DNA from: an uncultured Verrucomicrobiota bacterium
GTDB lineage: Bacteria; Verrucomicrobiota; Kiritimatiellia; RFP12; UBA1067
Reading direction: 5' to 3'
Length of the DNA: 64,000 nucleotides
Assembly: GCA_945834475.1 (NCBI GenBank)
Contig: CAMAHK010000002.1
Coordinates: forward strand, 27,642 to 91,641
The notes below the pieces were generated by a model. That model was not told the DNA's origin, made no database searches, and saw nothing but the letters and a program-made list of their open reading frames with translations. Below are positions 10,684 through 19,295 of this stretch, in pieces; the first letter of the stretch is position 1; each line of letters begins with the position of its first letter. A program made the position numbers and the translations under genes.

Positions 10684-10887
10684 TTACAGTGCTTTCATGG
10701 CGAGTTCGACAAACGGAATCTTGTTGCGCGGATGAACCTCGTACTTTCCCGGAAACTGCGCGTCCAAGAGAAGCTGGAGCTGATGCGGATAGCATGTGTT
10801 CTCGCGGTCCGCGAGTCCATACCCGTAGGTGATCGAATCGCCGATGCACGCAACCTTAAGAGCAGCCGCCAAAAGAACTGAGACCAT
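10684..10887 (-). pseudogene. Remnant of an SGNH/GDSL hydrolase gene (N-terminal 67 aa only)
   Basis: Signal-like N-terminus plus the catalytic block CIGDSITYGYG, then a stop after 67 aa with no room for the rest of the domain before rsmE. Confidence 0.35.
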
Positions 10888-10914
10888 AGAATCTCCTTGA
10901 TGCGTGGTTAGCCG

Positions 10915-11166
10915 TCAGTAAATCTTCTCGTACTCGCCCTTCGAAACCTTCTTGAGCGTGTGGAAGCCCGCGCGCTTGGCACGGTAATGAAGGTCGGTCT
11001 TCGAGTGCGTGAGGCCCGGCGCCTGGATGACGCGGTAGACCGGCGCCCCGCACGCGGGACAGGCCGTGAGCCGGTCATCCTTCAGGGACTGTGCAATCTC
11101 GAAGCCGCCGCGACAGCGGTCGCATGCGGCTTCGGGATCTTTCGCCTCATAGACGTACAGCGGCAT
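10915..11166 (-). CDS. FmdB-family zinc-ribbon protein
   Basis: 83 aa with CDRC...CPAC and the typical MPLYVYEA N-terminus of FmdB regulatory zinc ribbons. Confidence 0.7.
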   Translation of the reverse strand: MPLYVYEAKDPEAACDRCRGGFEIAQSLKDDRLTACPACGAPVYRVIQAPGLTHSKTDLHYRAKRAGFHTLKKVSKGEYEKIY

Positions 11167-11178
11167 GACGCGCCGGCC

Positions 11179-12543
11179 TCACTTGCGGTCCTTGAGCGCG
11201 ACGTACTCGCGCGGACGGATCAGGGGCTTGTAGGCGGGACGGATGATCGGCCCGTTGTTGATGAGCTCCTCCATGCGGTGCGCACACCAGCTGACGCAGC
11301 GCGCCACCGCAAAGAGCGGCGTGTAGAGGTCGCGCGGAATGCCGAGCATCTCGTAGACGAAGCCCGAGTAGAGGTCGACGTTCGCGCAAACATCCTCGGC
11401 CCGCGGATGGTGCGCCTTGATGATCGCAGGCCCCTTCGCCTCAATCGTCTCGAAGAGCTTCATCTCGTCAAGAAGCCCCTTCTCCTTCGCGAGAGCCCGC
11501 GCCTTGTGGTGCAGCATCACCGCACGCGGATCGGAAATCGTGTAGACCGCGTGGCCGAGGCCGTAGATGAGCCCCGTGCCGTCGCCCGCCTTCTTGTCGA
11601 CGATCTTCTCGAGATAGGCGACGACCTGAGCGGTGTCCTTCCAGTTCTTCACTTGGGTCTTGATCTCGTCCATCTGCCGCATGACGCGCAGGTTCGCACC
11701 GCCGTGACGCGAGCCCTTGAGCGAAAGGACCGAGGCCGCGATCGACGAGTAGATGTCGGTGTGGGCGCTGGTGACGAGGTGCGTCGTGAACGAGGAGTTG
11801 TTGCCGCCGCCGTGCTCGGCATGAAGGATGAGCGCGAGATCGAGCGTCTCCGCCTCGAGCTTCGTATACTTGCCGTCCTCGCGGATGAGCATGAGAAAGT
11901 TCTCCGCACTCGATTTTTTCGGGTCGGGGTTGCGGATCATCAACGACTGGCCGAGATGATAGTGGGCCTTGGCCTGATAGGCGTACGCCGCAATCGTCGG
12001 CATCGCGCTCATGATCGCGATCGAACGCTCGAGGCACTTCTCGATCGAGAGATCGTCGAGCGACGCCGGATCGGTCGTGTCGTCAAACGCCATCGCGAAA
12101 AGGATCGCACGCGCGATCGCGTTCATGAGGTCGATGGACGGATGACGCATGATCGCGTTTTCCTTGAAGCCATCCGAGAGCTTGCGGTAAAGCCCGATCT
12201 TGTCATTCCAATCCGCGAGATCCTTCTTCGACGGCAGATTGCCGAACATCAGGAGGTACGCTGCCTCCTCATAACCGAATCGGTGCTCCTTCTCCGTCGC
12301 GTTCACCATGTCTTCGACGCTGATGCCGCGATAGAAGAGCTGACCGGGAACCGCCTGCTTCTCGCCTTCGGAAACGACATAGCCGTGCACGTTGCCGATT
12401 GTCGTGAGACCAACCAGCACACCCGTACCGTCATCATTGCGCAAGCCACGCTTCACGCCGTACTTGCGGTACAGCGCCGGATCAATCGTATCGACCTTGC
12501 GAACCTGCTCGGCCTTCTTCTTCAACCATTTAGAGTCAATCAT
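11179..12543 (-). CDS. gltA: Citrate synthase
   Basis: GLGHAVYT and SRHGGANL motifs. Start at MIDSKWLKKK (ATG at 12541-12543) immediately downstream of a TGATATAAT box. Confidence 0.85.
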   Translation of the reverse strand: MIDSKWLKKKAEQVRKVDTIDPALYRKYGVKRGLRNDDGTGVLVGLTTIGNVHGYVVSEGEKQAVPGQLFYRGISVEDMVNATEKEHRFGYEEAAYLLMFGNLPSKKDLADWNDKIGLYRKLSDGFKENAIMRHPSIDLMNAIARAILFAMAFDDTTDPASLDDLSIEKCLERSIAIMSAMPTIAAYAYQAKAHYHLGQSLMIRNPDPKKSSAENFLMLIREDGKYTKLEAETLDLALILHAEHGGGNNSSFTTHLVTSAHTDIYSSIAASVLSLKGSRHGGANLRVMRQMDEIKTQVKNWKDTAQVVAYLEKIVDKKAGDGTGLIYGLGHAVYTISDPRAVMLHHKARALAKEKGLLDEMKLFETIEAKGPAIIKAHHPRAEDVCANVDLYSGFVYEMLGIPRDLYTPLFAVARCVSWCAHRMEELINNGPIIRPAYKPLIRPREYVALKDRK

Positions 12544-12611
12544 AGGGTATATTATATCAAATTTTACCCCGCAAAAAACAACAAACCCCGAGAACTGTTG
12601 CCTCGGGGTAG

Positions 12612-12685
12612 TGGAGCGGGCGATGGGAATCGAACCCACGTAAGAAGCTTGGGAAGCTCCTATTCTGCCATTGAATTACGCCCGC
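12612..12685 (-). tRNA. tRNA-Gly (CCC)
   Basis: GCGGGCG acceptor, anticodon loop TTCCCAA, T-loop GGGTTCGATTCCC and an encoded CCA. Confidence 0.8.
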
Positions 12686-12708
12686 AGAATTTTAATCTTC
12701 CGTAAGGT

Positions 12709-12800
12709 TGGCGGAGAGAGAGGGATTCGAACCCCCGATACCCTTGCGGGTATGCATGATTTCGAGTCATGTGCATTCAACCAGGCTCTGCCATCTCTCC
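12709..12800 (-). tRNA. tRNA-Ser (CGA)
   Basis: 92 nt with GGAGAGA acceptor, anticodon loop CTCGAAA, long variable arm CATACCCGCAAGGGTATC and an encoded CCA. Confidence 0.8.
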
Positions 12801-12814
12801 TGCAACGAGCGCGA

Positions 12815-12823
12815 ATTATATCA
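12815..12823 (-). promoter_or_regulatory. GATATAAT box about 15 nt upstream of the tRNA-Ser 5' end
   Basis: On the minus strand, TTTTTTTTGATATAATTCGCGCTCGTTGCAG then GGAGAGATGG. Confidence 0.4.
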
Positions 12824-12828
12824 AAAAA

Positions 12829-12850
12829 AACGAGGCCCTGTCAAGAGGGC
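12829..12850 (-). terminator. Hairpin plus T-run after recD2 (also preceding the tRNA-Ser promoter)
   Basis: GCCCT..AGGGC hairpin then TTTTTTTT on the minus strand, directly followed by a GATATAAT box. Confidence 0.4.
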
Positions 12851-12861
12851 AACTTCTTGTA

Positions 12862-15171
12862 TCACGGGCGGCAATCCCGAGATTGAAGGCGTTCCGCCAG
12901 TGAGGTGCGGCGTTCGCGGACGGTGTTGGTCTCGATGGCGCGGTCGATGGCGTAGGGCACGCCCATCAACAGGACGAGCTTTTTGCCGCGCGTGATTGCC
13001 GTATAAAGGAGATTGCGCTGGAGCATCACGTAATGCTGCGTGTGGATGAGGACAATTACCGCCGGATACTCGCTGCCCTGCGACTTGTGGATCGTCATCG
13101 CGTAAGCGAGCACCAGTTCGTCCAGATCGCCCGCGTCATACTTGACGGGACGCCCGTCGAAATTGATGATGAGCGAACGGTCGTCGGAGTTGACAGCCTT
13201 TACAAACCCGACGTCACCGTTGAAGACATCCTTGTCGTAATTGTTCCGCAGCTGCATCACGCGGTCCCCGACGCGGAACGCCGTTCCACCGCGGATGATT
13301 GCATCCCCCTGCGGATTGAGCGCCTTCTGAAGCTCGCTGTTGAGATTGTCAGTACCAAGCGTATTGCGGCGCATCGGGGTAAGAACCTGCACATCCTGCA
13401 GCGGATCCATCCCGAACTTGTTCGGAATGCGCGTCGTCATGAACTCGATCGCCCGCCGCAGGCACTGCTGCGGATCCTCGCAGCGCGCGAAATAGAAATC
13501 GGTGTCGTCGCGTCGGATCTCCAGCGGCTCGCCCGCGTTCACATGGTGAGCGTTCTTGACGATGAGGCCCGAGGAGTCTTGCCGGAAAATGAAGTCGAGC
13601 TTCGTCGCCGGCACGACCTTCGACTTGATAAGATCGCCGAGAACCGATCCCGCGCCGACACTCGGGAGCTGATCCGTATCACCCACCCAAACGACGACCG
13701 CCGTGTCGGGCACGGCCTTCAGGAGTTCGCACGCGAGCTTCACGTCAATCATCGACGTCTCATCGAAGATGAAGACGTCCCCTTCCAGCGGATTGTCGGC
13801 GTCGAAAGTGAAGCGGTTCGTGACCGGATTCCATTTCAAGAGCCGGTGAATCGTCTGTGCACCTTGCACCGTACCGCGAGCCGTCCCCGGCCGCGGCGTG
13901 GTAACAGCTCCCTCCCCGAAAATGCTCTCCGTCATCCGCTTCGCCGCGCGGCCTGTCGGCGCAGCCAGGACGACGTTCAGCTTCTTGACGCCTTGATAGA
14001 TCTCGACCAGTGCGCGGATGATCGTCGTCTTGCCAACGCCAGGGCCGCCGGTGATGATCGAGAACTTCGAGTCAAGCGAATTCGCAAGCGCCTCGCGCTG
14101 CCGCTCGGCGAGCTCGAAGCGCTGACGCGACTGCCACCAGGCGATGGCCTTCGCACAGTCGAACGCGGGGAAGGCGCGCGGGGTCGTGAGAATCGCCTTT
14201 ACGCGCGCGGCAACGTCGCGCTCGGAGTAGTAGAGCGAGCGGAGGTAGATCTTTCTCGGTTCCGACGCGACAAGAGTGTCGCGTCCCCGTTGCGTATCAG
14301 CTGGGGGCGAGACACTCTTGTCTCGCCGCTCAGAAGACTCATACACCACTCTTCCCGCCTCGATCTCCGCGGCCAGCGCCTCGCTCAAAATCTCCGTCGG
14401 AATCCCAGTCAACTCGTTCGCATGAAGGAGCAACTCATTCTCGTACGTCCAGCAGTGTCCGCCGTCCTCGCTCTCGGTCTCGAGCGTGTACGAGATCGAT
14501 GCGCGGGCCCTGAGTGGCGAGTCTTTTGGAATCCCGACCGAGAGCGCGATCTTGTCGGCCGTCGCGAAGCCGATGCCCCAGATGTCGCGGCAGAGGCGGT
14601 ATGGATCCTGCTTGACGATCGCGACGGCGTCGGGACCGTACTTGCGCACGATCTTCGTCATCTTCGTAATCGAGATTCCGTAGGTCTGCCCGAAGATCAT
14701 GTTCTCGCGCATCGTCTCGTTCGCGTGCCACGACTCGCGGATCTGACGGATCTTCGCCGCACCGAGCTTCGGCACTTCGGAGAGGCGTCCCGACTGATGC
14801 GAGAGAACGTGCATTGTCTCCTCGCCGAACGTGTCGACGATGCGCTTCGCGAGCACGGGACCGATGCCCTTGATGAGTCCGGAGGCGAGATACTTCTCGA
14901 TCCCCTTCAGCGACCGCGGTGCGACGCAGGTCAGCGTCTCGGCCTTGAACTGGCGGCCGTGCACCTTGTCCGTCACCCACAGTCCCTCGGCCTTGATCTC
15001 CTCGCCCTCCCACACGGCCTGCGTCTTGCCGACGACCGTGATCTCGGGATTGCGCGCGAGTTCGAATTCGCTCGGAATTTCGACATGCAGAACCGTATAC
15101 CCGTTCGCGTCGTTGTGAAAGACGACGGATTTGATGGTGCCTTCGACGATCTCGCGCTCCGACTCGCTCAT
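12862..15171 (-). CDS. recD2: RecD2-like SF1 ATP-dependent DNA helicase
   Basis: GGPGVGKTT Walker A, helicase motifs and C-terminal HKSQGSEY. Contains one in-frame double-hairpin repeat. Confidence 0.8.
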   Translation of the reverse strand: MSESEREIVEGTIKSVVFHNDANGYTVLHVEIPSEFELARNPEITVVGKTQAVWEGEEIKAEGLWVTDKVHGRQFKAETLTCVAPRSLKGIEKYLASGLIKGIGPVLAKRIVDTFGEETMHVLSHQSGRLSEVPKLGAAKIRQIRESWHANETMRENMIFGQTYGISITKMTKIVRKYGPDAVAIVKQDPYRLCRDIWGIGFATADKIALSVGIPKDSPLRARASISYTLETESEDGGHCWTYENELLLHANELTGIPTEILSEALAAEIEAGRVVYESSERRDKSVSPPADTQRGRDTLVASEPRKIYLRSLYYSERDVAARVKAILTTPRAFPAFDCAKAIAWWQSRQRFELAERQREALANSLDSKFSIITGGPGVGKTTIIRALVEIYQGVKKLNVVLAAPTGRAAKRMTESIFGEGAVTTPRPGTARGTVQGAQTIHRLLKWNPVTNRFTFDADNPLEGDVFIFDETSMIDVKLACELLKAVPDTAVVVWVGDTDQLPSVGAGSVLGDLIKSKVVPATKLDFIFRQDSSGLIVKNAHHVNAGEPLEIRRDDTDFYFARCEDPQQCLRRAIEFMTTRIPNKFGMDPLQDVQVLTPMRRNTLGTDNLNSELQKALNPQGDAIIRGGTAFRVGDRVMQLRNNYDKDVFNGDVGFVKAVNSDDRSLIINFDGRPVKYDAGDLDELVLAYAMTIHKSQGSEYPAVIVLIHTQHYVMLQRNLLYTAITRGKKLVLLMGVPYAIDRAIETNTVRERRTSLAERLQSRDCRP
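14264..14327. repeat. Family-C double-hairpin element, in frame in recD2
   Basis: GACGCGACAAGAGTGTCGCGTC ... GGCGAGACACTCTTGTCTCGCC. Confidence 0.75.
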
Positions 15172-15890
15172 GGCGCGGCGAATTCGAGGCGCTTATGGGT
15201 GAACGGATGCGTGAAGACGAGCTTCACGGAGCGCAGGTAAAGGCGATCGGCCTTCTTGCCGCCGTATTTGACGTCACCGACAACCGGGTGGCCCGCCTCG
15301 GAGAAATGGACGCGGATCTGATTCTTGCGTCCCGACTTGAGCGCGACTTCGACGGTGGTTGTTTTCTGTTGCGGCGAGGCAAGAGTGCCTCGCCCCCGTT
15401 GCGGAGCTCCCTCATTCGGGGGCGAGACACTCTTGTCTCGCCGCAAGGAAATCTTCCTCCATTCCGTCCGCGCCAGTTTTCCGCCCTTCGCGACCGACCT
15501 GACGCGGTACCCGTCGGCGTCTTCCTGAAGATAGCTTTCAAAGACGCCTTCATCCGCCTCAATCACGCCCTCGACCGTCGCGACGTAGGTCTTCTCCGTG
15601 AGCTCATTCCAGCGGTCGCGAATCGCATCTGCCAGGCGCTCGTCCTTCGCGAACAACATCACGCCGCTCGTCTCGCGGTCGAGACGGTGCACAAGAGAGA
15701 CATGCTTCGAACTGCGGGCCTGTCCCTTGCGGACGTAGGCGTTAAGGAAGTTTTCAGCCGTCGGCTGCGCCTCGCGCGCGGCGCGTCCGATCAGCCGCGT
15801 GTTGGTCGTGAGAAGCCCCGCGGGCTTGTCGATCACAATGATGTCGCGATCTTCGTAAAGGATCTCAAAGGGAAGGAACTTGTTGCGCAT
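15168..15890 (-). CDS. RluA-family pseudouridine synthase
   Basis: HRLDRETSGVMLFAK catalytic motif. Its stop overlaps the recD2 start (ATGA). Contains an in-frame double-hairpin repeat. Confidence 0.75.
   Translation of the reverse strand: MRNKFLPFEILYEDRDIIVIDKPAGLLTTNTRLIGRAAREAQPTAENFLNAYVRKGQARSSKHVSLVHRLDRETSGVMLFAKDERLADAIRDRWNELTEKTYVATVEGVIEADEGVFESYLQEDADGYRVRSVAKGGKLARTEWRKISLRRDKSVSPPNEGAPQRGRGTLASPQQKTTTVEVALKSGRKNQIRVHFSEAGHPVVGDVKYGGKKADRLYLRSVKLVFTHPFTHKRLEFAAP
15373..15442. repeat. Family-C double-hairpin element, in frame in the rluA-family gene
   Basis: GGCGAGGCAAGAGTGCCTCGCC CCCG...CGGG GGCGAGACACTCTTGTCTCGCC. Confidence 0.75.
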
Positions 15891-15905
15891 GGGGAGTCTT
15901 GTCAG

Positions 15906-15933
15906 CGCCGCGGGCGAGACGCACCGCGGTACG
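15906..15933. repeat. Family-A element, intergenic (rluA-family gene to aminotransferase)
   Basis: GCCGCGGGCGAGACGCACCGCGGTACG. Confidence 0.7.
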
Positions 15934-15938
15934 GAGCG

Positions 15939-17138
15939 TCAGGTGAGCATTTTGGCGATGCGCTCGGCGGCGATTTTGATCTTCTCGAGGGAGGTCGCGT
16001 ACGACATGCGCACGAAACCCGCGCCGCATGTGCCGAAAGCCGAGCCCGGCACGACGGCGACGCCGTAGTCCTTCAGGAGCTTCATCGCAAAATCCTCGTC
16101 GCTCATTCCCGTCGAACGGATGTCGCAGAAGATGTAGAACGCGCCCTTCGGCATCACGGTCTTGAGCCCCATCGCATTCAATGCCGGCACGAGGAAGTCG
16201 CGGCGCTTCTGATATTCACGACGCATCCGCTCGACGTCCGTGTCGCCGAAGTCCATTGCCTCGACACCGGCGGCCTGCGCAAGCGTCGGGGCGGACATGA
16301 TGCCGTACTGATGGATCTTCATCATCGCGTCGATGACGTCCGCCGGCCCACAGGCGTAGCCGAGACGGTACCCCGTCATCGCCCAGCTCTTCGAGAAGCC
16401 GTTGAGGAGAATGACGCGGTCACGATGTTCCGGGAAGGCGGAGAAGCTGGGGAGAAAATGCTGTTCATCGCCGCGGCCGAGGACGGCTCGCGGTACGGTA
16501 TAGTTCAGCTCGCTATAGACCTCATCGGCCAGGATCAGGAGATCATGCCGCTCCGCAAAGGCGAGAATCTCGGCCATGTCGGCGCGGCTCAAGACGGCAC
16601 CTGTCGGATTGCACGGAAAGTTGAGGAGCATCGCCTTCGTCTTCGGCGTCACCTTCGCCTCGAGCGCGGCGACCGTCAGGCGGAACTCATCCTCAGCCCG
16701 CGTCTCGACGCAAACCGGTACGGCGTGCGCCAGCCGGATCGTCGGCGCATAGGAGACAAAGCACGGCTCATGGTAGAGGATCTCGTCACCTGGCGAGCAG
16801 ATCGCTCGGATCGCGAGGTCGATCGCCTCCGAGACACCCACCGTGACGAGCACTTCCTTCGTCCAGTCGAAGGACGAGCCAAAGCGCCGCGTCAGATAGC
16901 GGCAGATCGCCTGACGCAGATCGGGTGTGCCGAGGTTGGACGTGTAATGCGTACCGCCATTCTCCAGGCACGTCACCGCTGCACGCGAAATGTGCCAAGG
17001 CGTGTCGAAGTCCGGTTCGCCGACACCAAGCGACACCGTATCCTTCGACTGCGCAACGATGTCGAAGAACTTGCGAATGCCACTCTTCGGCAGTTCGGCC
17101 ACATGCGGCGCAACGCGCGATCTCTTCTCCATTGCCAT
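15939..17138 (-). CDS. Class I/II PLP-dependent aminotransferase (aspartate aminotransferase-like)
   Basis: SKSWAMTGYRLGY lysine motif. Contains an in-frame repeat. Confidence 0.75.
   Translation of the reverse strand: MAMEKRSRVAPHVAELPKSGIRKFFDIVAQSKDTVSLGVGEPDFDTPWHISRAAVTCLENGGTHYTSNLGTPDLRQAICRYLTRRFGSSFDWTKEVLVTVGVSEAIDLAIRAICSPGDEILYHEPCFVSYAPTIRLAHAVPVCVETRAEDEFRLTVAALEAKVTPKTKAMLLNFPCNPTGAVLSRADMAEILAFAERHDLLILADEVYSELNYTVPRAVLGRGDEQHFLPSFSAFPEHRDRVILLNGFSKSWAMTGYRLGYACGPADVIDAMMKIHQYGIMSAPTLAQAAGVEAMDFGDTDVERMRREYQKRRDFLVPALNAMGLKTVMPKGAFYIFCDIRSTGMSDEDFAMKLLKDYGVAVVPGSAFGTCGAGFVRMSYATSLEKIKIAAERIAKMLT
16469..16498. repeat. Family-B element, in frame in the aminotransferase gene
   Basis: CGCCGCGGCCGAGGACGGCTCGCGGTACGG. 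Confidence 0.7.
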
Positions 17139-17140
17139 CG

Positions 17141-18358
17141 TCAGTTGATCTCCACAATCGCGCCGCCGCTCAAACGCGACTTTTCGGCGGCAAAGCAGAT
17201 GAGGTGGCTTTGCAGGGCCTCGGCCGTCGTCTCGCGAATTTCGTCCGCGTCGTTCCGCCGCAGGATGCGGATCATCTCCGCGACGAGGTTGAAGTCGCCG
17301 CCACCGTGACGCGAGGGATTCGGGATGCGGTAGTTCGTTGGAACCCCCGTCTCGACCGAATTACCGTCAAAGCGCGTGACGTCGAGGTTCTCGCCGTCAC
17401 CGATGATCTCGCCGCGCGTCAGCGCGATGCGCGTCGTACGGATGTTCTGGTGGGTAAAGCCTGTCATCACGTGGCTCACCGTCGCACCGCCCTCGAATTC
17501 CATCGTCACGGTCTGGTGATCAGGGACGTTGTTATCGCTCGAATAGACGCACTTGCCGTATTCCGTCTCTTCGATGAGCCGCGCCATCGCCGCGTCGGAA
17601 TGGTCGGCAAAGAGATACTTGAGCTCGTCATGCGCGCAGTACATGTTGCGCGCGCTCCAGACGCAGCGCTTCTCGATGGACGGTGGACAGTCCACGCAAC
17701 GCGAGGCAGCGCCCTTCGGCATCATCTCCTTGCGGAAGAGCTTGATCGAGCCGAAAGACGAAACCTTCTTACACTTCTTGCCGCCCATCCACCAGACGAA
17801 AAGGTCGAGGTCGTGTGAGCACTTCGCGAGAATGATCGGCGAACTCTTTTTCGAATTCGCCCAGTTGCCACGCACATACGAGTGGGCGACCTTCCAGAAG
17901 CCGGCCGATTCCTGATGCGCGATCGAGACGACCTCGCCGAGCTCACCGGAATCGATCAGCGCCTTGATGTGCGCGAAATACGCCGTGTACCTGAGAACGT
18001 GCCCGATGATGACGAGACGCTTCATCCGGAGCGCGCAGTCAATCACCTCGCGGCACTCCTGCTCCGTGGGCGAGATCGGTTTCTCCAAGAGCAGATGATA
18101 GCCCGCCTCAAGCGCCATGATCGCCGGCTCGTGATGGAGCGCGTCGGGCATCGTGATCATCACGATGTCCGCCTCGGGCTTCTCCGCGAGACACTCCCGC
18201 CAGTCCTTCCAATATTTCGGCGCGGAAATGACCTCCGCCTGGTCGGGATCGGCCACGCCGACGATTTCGAGCTGATCCGGATGCGCGGCGGCATACTCGG
18301 CATACGCGCGACCGCGGTAGCCGGCGCCCAGAACGATAGCCTTAAGCTTGCGTGACAT
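17141..18358 (-). CDS. Gfo/Idh/MocA-family NAD(P)-dependent oxidoreductase
   Basis: N-terminal Rossmann fold LKAIVLGAGYRG and family-typical length. Confidence 0.75.
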   Translation of the reverse strand: MSRKLKAIVLGAGYRGRAYAEYAAAHPDQLEIVGVADPDQAEVISAPKYWKDWRECLAEKPEADIVMITMPDALHHEPAIMALEAGYHLLLEKPISPTEQECREVIDCALRMKRLVIIGHVLRYTAYFAHIKALIDSGELGEVVSIAHQESAGFWKVAHSYVRGNWANSKKSSPIILAKCSHDLDLFVWWMGGKKCKKVSSFGSIKLFRKEMMPKGAASRCVDCPPSIEKRCVWSARNMYCAHDELKYLFADHSDAAMARLIEETEYGKCVYSSDNNVPDHQTVTMEFEGGATVSHVMTGFTHQNIRTTRIALTRGEIIGDGENLDVTRFDGNSVETGVPTNYRIPNPSRHGGGDFNLVAEMIRILRRNDADEIRETTAEALQSHLICFAAEKSRLSGGAIVEIN

Positions 18359-18359
18359 C

Positions 18360-19295
18360 TTACTTCACCAGTCCCTCGATTGCGATACGAATGTCGCCCG
18401 GACGGTCCGTGCCCGCCTCGCGCTCGACGACGAAATTGCCCGTGTAGCCGAGCGCCTTGAGCTCCGCGAGGAACGCCTTGCCGCCGACCTCGCCCGTGCC
18501 CCACGCGACTTCCGTGCCCCAGGTTCCCGGAACCTTTGTAACACAGGCGTCCTTGACATGGACCTGCCTGATCCACGGACGCAGGATCTTCACCGCCTTC
18601 ATCGGCTCGCCCTTAGCATAGAGGATCATGTTCGCAGGATCAAAGTTGATGCCGATGCCCGGAACTTTCGTCATGAACTTCGCGAGATCCTCGGCGGTTT
18701 CCTGTCCCGACTCAAGAATCAGCGTCACGCCGTACTTCGCGCATTCGTCACGCATCCACGTTACGCGCTCGACATACTTCGCAAGCGCCACGGGGTCGCT
18801 TTCGTCCAGAAAGCCCGCATGCGTCGACATATACTTGCAACCGAGCTCCTGCGTCAGTTTCGCACCGGCGGTAACGATTGCCTGGTTGGCCGCCCAATGC
18901 TGATCGGGGACAATACCACCCGTCTTCTTGATCGTCTCGAGCGTCGAGTAGTCTTCGCCGACCGTGCTGATCATCGTGGCCATCACGTTCCACTTGCCGG
19001 ACGCGACCTGGTCTTTCACGAACGCCCAAGCCTCGGCGCCTTCCGCCGCGCCGTGACGCTCGTCGGGCGCGATGAACGGCCCGAGCGCGAGGTGGATGCC
19101 CTTCACGTTCGCCGTCTCCATCTCGACGGCGACCTCCTTCAGCGGCTTCTGCCAGCTCCAGCTGCAGACCCCGACGCGATCAGGCGTAAGGACCGTCGCC
19201 TCAGCGAGCAGGTTGTCATACGTATCAAACGACAGGCAGCCCGCGACGAGCGCGGCACCGGCCAGCGAGAGAAACTTGAGACGGGTGATGTTCAT
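18360..19295 (-). CDS. Sugar phosphate isomerase/epimerase (xylose-isomerase-like TIM barrel), lipoprotein
   Basis: Lipoprotein signal LAGAALVAGC and TIM-barrel motifs. Confidence 0.65.
   Translation of the reverse strand: MNITRLKFLSLAGAALVAGCLSFDTYDNLLAEATVLTPDRVGVCSWSWQKPLKEVAVEMETANVKGIHLALGPFIAPDERHGAAEGAEAWAFVKDQVASGKWNVMATMISTVGEDYSTLETIKKTGGIVPDQHWAANQAIVTAGAKLTQELGCKYMSTHAGFLDESDPVALAKYVERVTWMRDECAKYGVTLILESGQETAEDLAKFMTKVPGIGINFDPANMILYAKGEPMKAVKILRPWIRQVHVKDACVTKVPGTWGTEVAWGTGEVGGKAFLAELKALGYTGNFVVEREAGTDRPGDIRIAIEGLVK

Noticed and set aside
10960-12705. 581-aa ORF on the plus strand antisense to citrate synthase. Similar long antisense or alternative-frame ORFs occur at 13033-15240, 15195-17309, 23745-25373, 35022-37004, 39704-41836, 62275-62958 and 63039-63788.
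   Set aside because: High GC removes stop codons in all frames. These have Arg/Ala-rich low-complexity translations, no recognisable domains, and each lies entirely inside a well-supported gene on the other strand.
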